Of a stretch of 64,000 nt of DNA, positions 13,985 through 26,239 are shown one piece after another. Position 1 is the first letter of the stretch. The number at the start of each line of letters is the position of its first letter. The notes under the pieces are model-generated. The model did no database searches and had not been told where the DNA came from. It was given only the letters and a program-made list of their open reading frames with translations. The translations under genes were made by a program, and so were the position numbers. Source of the stretch: Octopus sinensis (lineage: Eukaryota); the NCBI RefSeq assembly GCF_006345805.1, contig NC_043010.1:22320001-22384000 (forward strand). The letters are read 5' to 3'.

Positions 13985-16865
13985 ATGCCGGATCCTAGGT
14001 ACTACCTCCTCACCCTCCATCACCGTTTGAAAGATCATCTCCGTTCGCTTCCTGTATATTGCCTTCAGCCGTCCGTTAATCTCTCTCTACTTCTTTTTAA
14101 AAAAACCCGCTTCTCTAGCCATGTCTCTTTCCTAAGCCGCTGCCTACATCACCGACTCATCCCTAAAGGTTTCCGCCTCCACTTCCACCCTGCTCTCCAC
14201 TCGGATTCTTCCATCTTACCCATACTCCGCACCACATCTTACCGCCTTATGCGGGCCACCATTCGCTCCAATCTCTCCAAACTACATGCCATCAACCGCC
14301 TTCTTCCTCCTGCTTTCTCCACCTTCTTCTCCTCTCTGCCGCCTCTGTATGCTCCAAACACGCTACGCTTCATTATCCATTTGAATCAACTCTTCCATCA
14401 ATTTCTTTCTGATACCAAACTTCGTAAACTCCAATCACTCTTCCATTCCACCCTACCCGACGCCACTACCCAAACTCCTCCACCACCCTTCTCCCCTCCC
14501 GATAGGCTCCATCCACCCACACCTAACCCCACTGCCCCTCCCTACAACCCCTTCTCCCCTCCCGTCAGGCTCCATCCACCTACACCTAACCCTACTGCCC
14601 CCCGCCAACCACCCCCACACACCTCCCCAATCCCTCCCCTCAGACCTCCACGAGACCTACCACCCCTCCTACTTCTATTCACCCACCCCTTCTCCACTTC
14701 CGTCTGTTGTACCATTCCCCCCGATCTTCCCCTCTCTGCGGCTGAACGCTCCGTCCTTGGTAGGGGTCTGCGTTTCATCCCCCTCACTCCATCCTGTAAG
14801 GAATTCCAGACGCGAGTTGATGTCCACAGCTTTGTGCGCCGTGTCCGGTTGGGTGCGCATTACCACGACTCGCCACCCACACCAACGAAGAGGACTGCTT
14901 CACTGGCCTGGGCCGCCGACCATCCCCGTGGACGCCTGCCCCTGGCCAGATCCTAGCAGTGGATCTTTTCGCGGGCGCTTGTCAGCGTGCATTGGAGCGG
15001 TTCAACTTCTCCAGGCGCCAACGCCGCCTCAACATCTCCCCGGCTGAGCTCTTGGCTCTTCGTTCCCTCCAACGGCGCGCTGACATTATCATCAAACCGG
15101 CTGACAAGGGTGGAGCTGTAGTGATGTGGCGCGCGGACCTCTATAGGGCCGAGGCTTTCCGCCAACTCAATGACACCTCCTTCTATTCCCCTCTGCCCTC
15201 TAACCCCACACGTAGCTACCAACAGACGGTATCCTCTACTGTCCAAGACCTCATCTCGTCTCCCGTCTCCCCCGCACCGCATCCAACCTAATTGTGCGAA
15301 CCCCACGTACCCCCACCATTTACTTCCTCCCCAAAATCCACAAACCCAACAACCCTGGCCGCCCCATCGTCTCCGCCTGTAACTGCCCCACGGAGCTCAT
15401 CTCTAAATACCTCGACCGCGTCCTTGCCCCCCTAGTGGCATCTCTTCCCTCCCACATCCACGATACCAACCATGCTCTCCGGCTTTTCAACTCTTTCTCC
15501 TTTCCTCCCGGCTCCTCCAAAATCCTTTTTACTATGGACATCCAAAGCCTCTATACTGTTATCCCTCACCACGAAGGACTGCAGGCCCTTCGACACTTTC
15601 TTGACCTCCGCTCTAACCCTGTACCTGACACCTCCACACTCATTCGTCTGGCCGAACTTGTCCTTACTCTGAACTGCTTCTCGTTCGCGGGCGAGTTCTA
15701 CCATCATGTCTCGGGAGTGGCCATGGGAACGCGAATGGGCCCCAACTATGCGAACCTGTTCGTTGGCTATGTTGAGGCCCAAATATTCTCTAATTTCACT
15801 GGTCCCACTCCTGAACTATATGGTCGTTACATTGACGACATTATCGGTGCCACCTCACTCTCCCGCGAACATCTAGATTCCTTCCTCTCTTTCGTCCAAT
15901 CTTTCCATCCAGCCCTCCACTTCACTTCCACTATCTCCAACACCTCTGTCTCCTTCCTCGACATTTCGGTTAGCATTCTTCACTCCACTCTTACCACCTC
16001 CATTCACTACAAACACACAGACTCACACTCATACCTCAACTTCTCTTCCTCCCACCCAGAACACACCAAGCTTTCCATCCCCTATTCCCAATTCCTCCGT
16101 CTACGTAGGCTCTGTAGTGACGACCATGACTTTGATACCCAGTCTCAACGTATGGCTCACCACTTCACCCTACGTAGATACCCCCTCACCACTATCCACA
16201 CCGCCCTTGCCAGAGCACGGTCCGTGGACCGTGTATCTGCTCTCTCTCCCCGAACCCGCCCTGTAGTCTCCCGCCTCCCTTTTCCCCTCACTTACCACCC
16301 CACGACCCTACGTCTCCAACGCACCATTCTTCGAGCTTTCCGTCATCTCCAGTCCGACCCGTCCACTTCACACCTCTTCCCTAACCGACCCCTCCCCTCT
16401 TTCAAACGAGCCCACAACCTTCGAGACCTTTTGGTCCATAGCTCTTCCCTGACCCTACCTCCCAACCCGGCTCGTTCCCCTGCTCCCGCCCACGTTGCCG
16501 CACTTGCCCTTACCTCTCAAACACACCCGCCTCACTAGCACCCACCATCGACCCTATCCCATCATCCACTCCTTCACCTGCACCTCCAGCAATATTATCT
16601 ATTGCATCTCTTGCTCTCTCTGCAATTCCTTGTACATCGGACAAACGGGACGCCGCTTGGCTGACCGGTTCGCGGAACACCTTCGTGACATCCACCTTGC
16701 GAACGACACACCGGTCTCACGCCATTTCCGCTCCACGGTCACTCCTTGCAACACCTATCTGTGTTCGGTTTGTCCTTACACAGAGGCCATCCGGATTCCC
16801 GTTTGCGCCGTGAACAGGAATTAATCTTCTCTCTTCGCTCTATACGCCATTTGGTCTTAACTCTC
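13985..16865 (+). pseudogene. Frameshifted PLE polyprotein: N-terminal domain, reverse transcriptase, PCxxxRCxTC linker, GIY-YIG endonuclease
   Basis: IIKPADKGGAVV, YFLPKIHK..PGRPIVS, MDIQSLYT, GVAMGT, YGRYIDDI; alternate frame at ~16470-16510 reads GSFPCSRPRCRTCPY; IIYCISC..YIGQTGR..RFAEH; REQELI. At least four frame breaks. Confidence 0.92.
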
Positions 16866-17267
16866 CCCCCTCCTCATCTAACCCCCTCTCCCCCCTCCTC
16901 ACCTATCCTTTCCCCCGACCCCTACTTCTTCAGTCCTTCATCCTTTAACCCCTCTTCCCCTCCCTTCTTCCCTCTTTCTCCCTCCCTCTTCCCCCTTCCT
17001 CTGCTACCCTCACTCCCTCTCTCCCCCTCTCCCTTTCCTCCTTCATCCCCCTTCCTCTTCCCCTTTCCCCATTCTCCCATCCCTCTCCTTCCCCCCTCTC
17101 CTCCCCCTCTTCTTCCCCTCCCCTTCTCTCTCTCCTCTTCTCCCCCTCCCCCTCTTCGCCTCACTACACCACATGACTTTACACATCACATCACATATGA
17201 TGTGCCATACTAATACATACACCAACTAATACATACTAATACATACTAATACATACTAGTACATACT

Positions 17268-17545
17268 AATACATACACCAACCCTATACATACACACGTC
17301 CAGACCCCGCATACGCACTTATACTCTCTCATACACACACACACACACTTATACATACTAATACGTACTAATACATACTAATACATACTAATACATACAC
17401 CAACCCCATACATACGCACGTCCAGACCAATCCTACGCACTAATACTCTCTCATACACACACACACACACACACACCCCTTTATACATACTAATACATAC
17501 ACCAACCCTATACATACACACATCCAGACCCCTCCTACGCACTAT
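17268..17545 (+). repeat. Three-copy minisatellite in PLE 3' region
   Basis: taatacatacaccaaccc(t/c)atacatac.cac.tccagacc..c.tacgcact repeated three times with (CA)n and ATACATACTA spacers. Confidence 0.85.
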
Positions 17546-17705
17546 TAGCTGGTCCCTCAACCCTATTGTCTCCCCTTATTTCACTCTCGCGTCTCATGTT
17601 CGATCTTTGACCTCTGGCCGAAATCAGATCGCCATGTTGATTCGTTAGCTACTGCACGCATTTTTTTTCTCTCCTTCTTTCTGTGTTTTTTTTCTCTCTG
17701 TGTAT

Positions 17706-17741
17706 CTTTCTGTTGAAGAGCGTAGGCTCGAAACGTTAAAT
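17706..17741 (+). ncRNA. Minimal type-I hammerhead-like motif in PLE 3' pLTR (core CTGTTGA)
   Basis: CTTT-CTGTTGA-A-GAGC(gtag)GCTC-GAA-ACGT-T-AAAT (AAAG in the 5' repeat copy). Confidence 0.65.
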
Positions 17742-17842
17742 ACTTGTTTTATTTATATTTCATGAGCGCCATACTAATACAATTGTTCGTTTGTTTTCCA
17801 CCTGCCTTCGTCTTTTGTTTATTTCATATATATATATTCCCG

Positions 17843-17875
<33 letters not shown>

Positions 17876-17944
17876 TGTGTGTGTGTATGTAACATAATTC
17901 AGGTAAAAGAAATAGCTCTGAATAGTCAGTGACATAAATATTGT

Positions 17945-18512
17945 TTTCTACTCTAGGCACAAACCCCCAGTCGATTAGATTGACCCCAGTATGCATCTTG
18001 TACTTACTTTATCGACCCCGAAAGGATGAAAGGCAAAGTCAACCTCGGCGGAATTTGAACTCAGCACGTAAAGCCAGACGAAATACCGCTAAACATTTTG
18101 CCCGGCGTACTAACGTTTCTTATTTCTTTATTGCCCACAAGGGGCTAAAAACAGAGAGGACAAACAAGGATAGACATAGGGATTAAGTAGATTACATCGA
18201 AACTAGTGCGTAACTGATACTTAATTTATCGACCCCGAAAGGATGAAAGGCAAAGTCGGCCTCGGCGGAATTTGAACTCAGAACGTAGCGGCAGACGAAA
18301 TACCTATTTCTTTACTACCCTTAAGGGGCTAAACATAGAGGGGACAAACAAGGACAGACAAACGGATTAAGTCGACCCCAGTGCGTAACTGGTACTTATT
18401 TAATCGACTCCGAAAGGTCGACCTTGGTGGAATTCAAACTCAGAGCGTAACGACAGACGAAATACCACTAAACATTTCGTCCGGGTGCTAACGTTTCTGC
18501 CAGTTCGTCGCC
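17945..18512 (-). mobile_element. Three nested/tandem family-2 SINE units
   Basis: Central domain three times; junctions at ~18119 and ~18303. Confidence 0.85.
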
Positions 18513-18796
18513 TTTCAGTGACGTAAATATTGACTGCAAAGTTCAATAAAATTTTGCCAAAATGCAACACACGTTGAGCTTTTGATTTATCGAAATTACG
18601 TTTACTTTGATGGCAATTACGATTTACTCCGAATGAGGAGGGAGATCTAATACCAGGAATCAAGTATTGCTTCTGACTTCATAGCTCTCGATACGTGTTT
18701 CCATCGCAGTAATTGATATTAGCACAGCTTTTGTCTTATCTTAATGCCAGCGTGACATAATTCTTCGAAATACACGAAAGGAACAGAAAACATTTA

Positions 18797-18976
18797 GGAG
18801 TAGCTGTATGGTAAGTAACTTACTTACCAACCACATGATTTCGGGTTTCAGTCCCGCTGCATGGCACCTTGGGCAAGTTTCTTCTACTATATCCTCGGGC
18901 CGACCTAAGCCTTGTGAGTGGATTTGGTAGACGGAAACTGAAAGAAGCCCGTCGTATATATGCATATGTATGTATG

Positions 18977-19009
<33 letters not shown>

Positions 19010-19059
19010 TATATATAATAATATATATATATATTATATATATATAATATATATATATA

Positions 19060-19120
<61 letters not shown>

Positions 19121-19320
19121 TGTGTCTTTGATTGTACCCTCAACATCGTTTGACAACCGATGCTGTTTTGTTTACGTCCCCGTAACTTAGCGGTTCGGCA
19201 AAAAATCAACCGATAGAATAAGTACTATGCTTACAAAGAATAAGTCCTGGGGTCGATTTGCTCGACTAAAGGCGGTGCTCCGGCATGGCCGCAGTCAAAT
19301 GAGTGAAACAAGTAAAAGAC
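18797..19320 (+). mobile_element. Family-1 SINE, full length
   Basis: aggagtagctgtatggtaag...gcagtcaaatgagtgaaacaagtaaaag with internal (TA)n/(TG)n. Confidence 0.9.
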
Positions 19321-19435
19321 CTGGTGCAGTTTACAAAACAGAGATAAGAAAACCTACGCAAAATGGCCAGTGGTAAGAATTTAACCCAATGGCAATAGTG
19401 ATGGACCGAATAGCGTTCTATATTAACTGGCACTC

Positions 19436-19745
19436 TTAAAGAGACTAAGCTCTGCCATTGTCATTTTCGCAAACCCAGTTTCGGTTACGACGACGAAGGG
19501 GTTTCCACCTGATCCAATCAACGGGACAGCCTTCTCGTGTAACTAACATGTATGTGGCTGAGCACTGCATAGTTACCCGTTCCCATAGCGCAGTTCTCAA
19601 GGAGATGCAACTGGTCGCATAGTGTGACAAGTCTGGCACTTTAAATTACAAGTACCACTCATTTTCGCCTGCTGAATGGACAGGAGGGATGTGAAATAAA
19701 GTGTCATGCTCAGGAGATTACGATCTTGAGTCGAATGCCCTAACA
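19436..19745 (-). mobile_element. tRNA-derived SINE family 3 (CORE-like block); related copies ~27105-27475, ~30560-30720 (plus), ~39480-39770
   Basis: Shared ggttacgacgacga...gatcc.atcaacgg.acagc...gtggctgagcact and gtgaaataaagtgtc.tgctc blocks. Confidence 0.7.
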
Positions 19746-19782
19746 ACTTGGCCACAGGCCTTATAAATTGTTGTTTGACTGT

Positions 19783-20133
19783 AATTACATCCACATTCGC
19801 TACGCCGTGTTTGTTTGTTGGTCCGTAGACAAGATATCTCAAGAACGGCTGGATGGATTTGGAGGAAACTTTTAGGGATGTTTGGCCTCGTGACTGGCAC
19901 AAACTGATTTGATTTGGGGATTGATCCAGTATCGGGACAAGGATTCTGGATTATTTTTCCTGTTTTTTTTACTTCATTTTTGAGAGCGATCGGGTTCATT
20001 TTTAGTATTCTCGTTTGTGAGAGCACTGGTGTTTATTTCAGTTATTTTCATTTTAAAAATCATCTCTGGCTAATTGTTGAGTGGACGTTGGTGTTGCCTT
20101 GGCGGAGGTTTGTGCTCTCGGAGTTCTCTTGTT
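19783..20133 (+). mobile_element. Helentron/DINE-1-like non-autonomous element (HINE-like)
   Basis: (GTTT)n near 5' end, ggatggattt..gaaact, subterminal CCTTGGCGGAGG, 3' short hairpin, ends tcttgtt; same family as 58470-58836 and 61920-62285. Confidence 0.6.
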
Positions 20134-20663
20134 ACATTTGCTTTGACACATAAACAAAGGCTTAAATGCTGTGCTTATGATGGTGATGGTGATTCAATAA
20201 GGAAGAGCGACTCCATTTACGATGGCATTTCGTTAACTATTCAACTTTAAGCTCATTAAAAGCTCCATCCCAATGTCTGAAATCGCAGGCATGTGTATAT
20301 TACCATAGGTTGTTGACTTTTATCTTCAGAGGGAAATTTGTAGATACTTATCGGGACCCTCACCAAGATCCCATACTACCCTGTGTATCACATTCACTGT
20401 TGCCAAATCGAGGTTTCAGTTCCAAGACCGAGCGGTACCGGGCGACGTGACACTTACGTAAGTAATTTTGCGTGTTAATAGCGAATCTAGTTTATGATTA
20501 ATCTGTATTCTGTTTCTTTTCATTTGTCTTACTCGCTTACGTTCTGGCGTTTGCTAAATTTTCTTGAGAACATTCCTTTCTTGGTGGTAAGACCATAGCG
20601 GATCTACTTCTAGCATAATGGATGTCCACGTAGTGGTCATCGCTTTTATATGTATGTAATATA

Positions 20664-20724
<61 letters not shown>

Positions 20725-20893
20725 TGAGAGAGTGAGAGAGATACATACATACATGCAAATACACAGGTAAATACATAGATAGATATCGGCTTTTTTATGT
20801 ATATGTGGTCACATGTGAGTAATTTCTGCTTACAGAGAGGTGCGCGTGAGGCAATAAGTGAGACATCTCAGTGAGTGTCTGTTTGCGTATATG

Positions 20894-20932
<39 letters not shown>

Positions 20933-22924
20933 GTTTGCATGTGTATGAGTGTGTGAGAGAGGGAGAAGAGAGAAAAAGTCAGAGAAAGAAAGAGAGAGAG
21001 TGAGCGTGAGAGTGAGAGAGAGAGAGAGTGGGGATGACATAGGAGAAAACATGCGTCCGATTCAAAATGTTGAAAGTATTTGTAAAACATATTGAGACAA
21101 GTGTATTTGGCTGATTTTGTTAAATTTCTCGACAGGGAAGCAGAAGAACAGAAGAACAGAAGACGAGGGAGGTAAAAAAGAAAAAAGAAAAAGAAAGAGA
21201 ACAGGGGACGAAATTGTTAGAAATTCTGTGTCCAGTAGGGATTTCTATGCGTTGTATCACTCAACAAGGCAGACAATCTGCTTTTGACAGTGTGCCTATT
21301 ACATGGCGTGGATCTCTGCTCACACACACTTCCCTCCCCTTGCAGATGTACATCCAGTGATGGCTTCCGTTTTCTCGTTTCAAGGGAAAGACTGGATTTG
21401 GCAGGCTAGTAGTAGTAGTTGTAGTATTATTGATGATGGTAATGCTAGTCGTGGTGGTGGTGGTTGTGGTTGTTGTGGTGGTAGTTTTAGTGATCATTTT
21501 TGACAGTAGCAGCGGTAGTACTGGCAATAATTGTGATTGTAGTGGTGGAGGGAATTGATGGGTGATGTATGCATGTAAGAGTGGTTGTGGTGGTTGTTGT
21601 AGTGGTGGAAGCATAATGGTTGCGGTGGCGTGGTGGTGGTAGTGGTAGTACTAGTTGTGGTGGGGGTGCTGAGGTGATGATAGCACCGTGGTGATAGTGA
21701 TAGGAGATTGATGAAAATTTCATTTTTGTGTATGTGTGTTTGCACGCAGGCGCAGTGAGGTTGCTGTTATATTTGACCCCAGCCATGATACAAAAGACGG
21801 ATTTATGAGCAAAGACCATTCCAACCGTGTCTAAATCGTTTTTTCGGGTTTATGAACATTATATGCAACGTGTCATTTTAATGCCGGTAAAGTGGAATGA
21901 ATTTTAAAGGAGATTTGACTGCTATGTCGAGCACATCATCTGTTCCATGTGATACTCGATATGAGTAAAATTATAATCAAAGCCATTCCAGCCATAACCA
22001 TCTTGTCGTGTGTTCTTTGTCACAGCAAAGTTGCAAACCTGCTTTTATTGTAAAAATGAGCTTGCAAATATTGAATCCAGGTCAAATTGATTGACGCCCA
22101 TTCAATGGATGCCTGGCTCGGATCTTTAACATTTTTCATCTATTCACTCGTGCATCCCTCCGGTTCCCTTCCTTCTGGAAAGTGAGAGCCGCTTTATATT
22201 ATTTCATTAAGCGGATCTCAATTTCTAGAAGAAAGAACCAAAGCTCTTAAAGCAATGGCAAAAGCAACTGAGAAGGATTCCGACTGGTTCTGGTCAAAGA
22301 GGAATCGAATTTCAAAAGGAGTAATTTACCCTACAGTCGATTAGCCTCACAGAACTGAACTGGTTCCAAAACCCAAAGCCCTTGGCTCTGGAACATTAGC
22401 CACGTAGAGGGGTTGCAATGCAGGCAATAGTACAGAAAGTGGAGAAGTGGAGAAGTGTATCCAGTAGTCAGACCCTGGATGCGACTTGGTCCCCTTAGAG
22501 TGTAAGAAGTCAAGGGCTAAAATACTTGCATTAGGGATTGCTTCTCATCCAAAGACCTGCTGCTATTCAGATCTCTGTAGTTTCTTACTTGTCTACGATG
22601 TAGTCCGCATCAAGTATGGTAGCGGTAAAAATGCCTAAACATCTCCTGGTTTGTACTCTACACATTCCGCCATCTTCAGTACTCCTCAGAGCCGACTGAC
22701 GTGCATTGCGCTACGGTGCCATGGTGCTATTGTTCAGACGTACTTCAGTTCATTGCAGTGGTTCTTAGTTGTCTTCCAACACAAATCTTCCCCATTTTCT
22801 GGTTTTGCCTGCATGACTATACTGTTTATTCAGTGACATTTGTATTGATATCATTTTTCTTCGTCCCGAAAAATTCACCTCCATCATTTTTCCCTCCGAT
22901 AACTCCCTTAGACAGATGAAAGCA

Positions 22925-23260
22925 TGGTCGGGTGGTTAAGAAAATCGCTTTGCAGCCACGTGGTTTCGCGTTCGGTCTCACGGCTCGGTACTTTGGTCAA
23001 CTGCTACATCCCTGAGTCGGCCAATTCTTTGTTAGCCCACTCATTAGACGGAAACAATGAGGAAGCCCGTCACATGTGAATACCTTTCTTTTATAAATGC
23101 CATTGCTTTTTCCTGTAACTTAGCGGTTTGGTAAAAAATACCGATAGAATGATTGCAAATTTTAAAGAATGAGTACTGGGATCGATGTTTTCCACTAAAC
23201 ACAAGGTGATGCTCCAGCATGGCTGTAGCCCAATGTTTCAAACAAGTAAAAGGAAGATAT
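22925..23260 (+). mobile_element. Diverged family-1 SINE; further copies ~24020-24310 (-), 24575-25005 (+), 25690-26130, 26540-26780 (+), 32185-32370 (-), 45085-45330 (-)
   Basis: Recurrent cttagcggttcggcaaaa..accgatagaataagtac and ggccgcagtc..atgactgaaacaag blocks. Confidence 0.8.
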
Positions 23261-23299
23261 GCATTACTTTTTACTGTTTCTAACTCCTCCATAAACTTC

Positions 23300-23640
23300 A
23301 TAAATCTAGATGACCACCACAGCAGAACCGCCATCTTTTACAAGCCTACTGGAGCTCACAAATGTATAGATTTCTTGTCATCCTACTTCTTTCTAACAAA
23401 ATCAACTCATTTTTACCCACGATTCAACTTCCTCTACCGACTCTCTCGATGGGACTCTACCTTAGAAGGTAAATCTGACCACCTTGTGCATTTCTTCGTC
23501 AACGTTATCCTCCACAACCATCCAGTGAAAGAGATCACCATAAACTGCTTTCTCTCCTCCTTTATCTTCCGTCAGGCCATCCAACCGTCTCGAGCAGTCA
23601 TGGACAAACTGCGGCTCGCAGGAATCTCTGAATGGGACAC
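23300..23640 (+). pseudogene. Decayed PLE reverse transcriptase thumb fragment
   Basis: TAIFYKPTGAHKCIDFLSS..TKSTHFYPRFNFLYRL aligns by eye with TSIHYKHTDSHSYLNFSSS..TKLSIPYSQFLRLRRL of 15294-16538. Confidence 0.7.
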
Positions 23641-25005
23641 CTAACGAAAAATTAAATTGAATTTCTTTAGCAGTGTGGCCAGCCTGTTGTTGAGCCAAGT
23701 CCCATGCAGCTTGCTACTCAAGTTAGGTTTCCCATGTCTGCTTTAGTACAGTGGTTTGGAACCATTTTGAGGTAATGGCTGGAATCACTGATGTTTCCGT
23801 GCGCCCGCGCGGTAGGCATTATTAATGAGAAAAGTACTTTAATTTTATGATAAATGTTAATAGCAGATACAAGTCACTTTTAAAACTATTAAATGTGAAA
23901 AAAAGAATAATGAAATTTTGAATATCGTTTTAAATTAGTTTAATTAAAGAGTAATTTATTCCTATGAATATTTAACAACTGATAATTGGAATGGCTTATG
24001 TTTTAATTGCTTTAGTAATAAGACTGTGGCTATGCTGGGGCACCACCTTAAAGGGTAGTAGTTGAATCGATCGACACCAGCTTAGGTTTTAAAGTCTGTT
24101 ACTTATTTTATCGGTGGAACTGACGAACTGCTATGCTTCTAAGACGTAAACAGACTAACAGCAGTTGTCAAGCGCTGGGGAAAAACTCTGATGCAGAGAG
24201 AGACACATATATAGATACATAAACATACATTACATAAATATATATGTATGGATGTATATATATATACGAAGAGCTTCCACGCAGTTTCTTTCACTCACAA
24301 AACATTAACCAGTTTTAAATTACTTCCCGATAATCTGAAATCGATTTCAAATTACCCCTGCACTGCTCACATCAGACCCTCTCTGGTTTGCATAAAGTGA
24401 TAAATTCTAAGGGTCACAACTCATGATATTTTCATAGTATTAAACGTAAAACATTCCAGGTTGAAAATTAATCTTAAAATGTCGAGATATATATGAAACA
24501 AAATATTGGGTTTTTAAATATCCCCTAACACTGTTATGATGTCCTCAAAAAAACACGTTGAACACATTAAACACATGCGTGGCGGTTGTGATAAGAAGTT
24601 TGCTTCCCAACCACATGGTTCCAGGTTCAGCTCCATGCGTGATACCTGGATTAAATGTATTTTATTATAGCCATGTGAGTGGATTTGATAGGCGGAGACT
24701 GAAAGAAGCCTGTCGTATAAATAGGACAGTGAGTGTGTGTGTGCGTGTGTGTGTGTGTGTGTGTGTGGTGTGTGTGTGTGTGTTTGAGCTTATGCTTGGC
24801 CGCAACCTTGCTTGACAACCGGTATTGGTATGCTTACGTCCCCATAATTAGCGGTTCGGCAAGAGAGAACGATAAAATAAGTACCAGGCTTAAATAGAAA
24901 AAAAGTTAATACTGGGGTCAATTCATTTGACTAAAATTTCTTTATGATTATGCCCCAGCATGGCCGCAGTCTAATGACTGAAACAAGTAAGAGGTAAAAG
25001 ATAAC

Positions 25006-25332
25006 ACATCCTCGTCACTGTAATAATTTTGTGCCTTCAGACTATCAACTCTTCATGAAAGAGGGTTTGAGAGGCAAAAATCATTCCAGTGACGAGGAAT
25101 TGAAAAATGTAGTGAAAAAGTGGCTCAAAGAACAGTCAACAGAATTTTACGGGGCAGGGATATATGCTCTCGTTTGAAGGTGGAACATTGCTATTGAGAG
25201 AAACGGTATATTGAGAAGTAGAGATGTGATCCACGGAGGACCAGCTTCATTTTGATGTATGATACATGTTTCTGTTTTGGTAATTATACCCGTCCTAAAC
25301 AAAATGGCATTACTTTTTGACTCATCCTCGTA
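25006..25332 (+). mobile_element. 3' fragment of a mariner element with right TIR
   Basis: Decayed PSDYQLF..KE.LRG...SDEE.K..V..W motif; ends ttactttttgactcatcctcg-TA. Confidence 0.75.
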
Positions 25333-25996
25333 TATATATATATATTTATATTTATATTTGTAACAAAATGTAATTTTTTATATATATATAAACATATTTA
25401 TGTTACAAAATGTAATTATATATATGTATATTTATGCATTCCAAAATGTGATCGAAATATTATACAAAACAAAATCTATTAATACACTTGTATTTAAAAT
25501 CCATACGAGAAGTATTTCTGTACAAAATGAGATGAATTAATACACATTAAATGTTATCGAATTATATTTACATATAAAACAAAATATATTCGTACATTAT
25601 AAATGCAAACGATATGTATTTCTATAAGAAACAAAGTTAAATACTTTTTGACGGGTATTATTCTAAGTTATCGAAAAATAAAAGAATAAGAAGTTTGTTG
25701 CCCAACCATATGGTTCCGAGTTCATTCCCATTTCACGTCCGGCCCTTTGGTCAAGTGTCTTGCATAAAGACTATAACTGTGAGTGGATTTGGTCCACAGA
25801 AGGGGAAAAAACAAACCTTCTCTCTCTCTTTTCCTCCCTCTCTGTATTCTTTTATTCTGTTATTTGTTTCAGCTATTTGACTGCGGCCATGTTGGATTAC
25901 CACATTTAGTCGAACAAATCGACCCCAGGACATTGGTTATCAAGTGATGATGAGGCGACAAACACAGAAAAAAAATACACACACGCACAAACACAA

Positions 25997-26029
<33 letters not shown>

Positions 26030-26037
26030 TACACAGG

Positions 26038-26078
<41 letters not shown>

Positions 26079-26194
26079 GACGGGCTTCTTGCAGTTTCCG
26101 TCTTCTATAGTAGAAGACACTGGCGAAGGAGCACATATATTTATATATATATGTGTGTGTGTGTGTGTGTGGTGTGTGTGTGTGTGTGTGTGTG

Positions 26195-26239
<45 letters not shown>

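Larger units (their letters stand above)
13252..17848 (+). mobile_element. Penelope-like element, Neptune type, near full length, with direct terminal repeats (pLTRs)
   Basis: RT plus Cys linker plus GIY-YIG; ~13252-13378 directly repeated at ~17720-17848; (TA)n on both sides. Confidence 0.92.

Noticed and set aside
22060-22920. Possible decayed L1/Tx1-like LINE
   Set aside because: Only vague similarity; no diagnostic motif intact.
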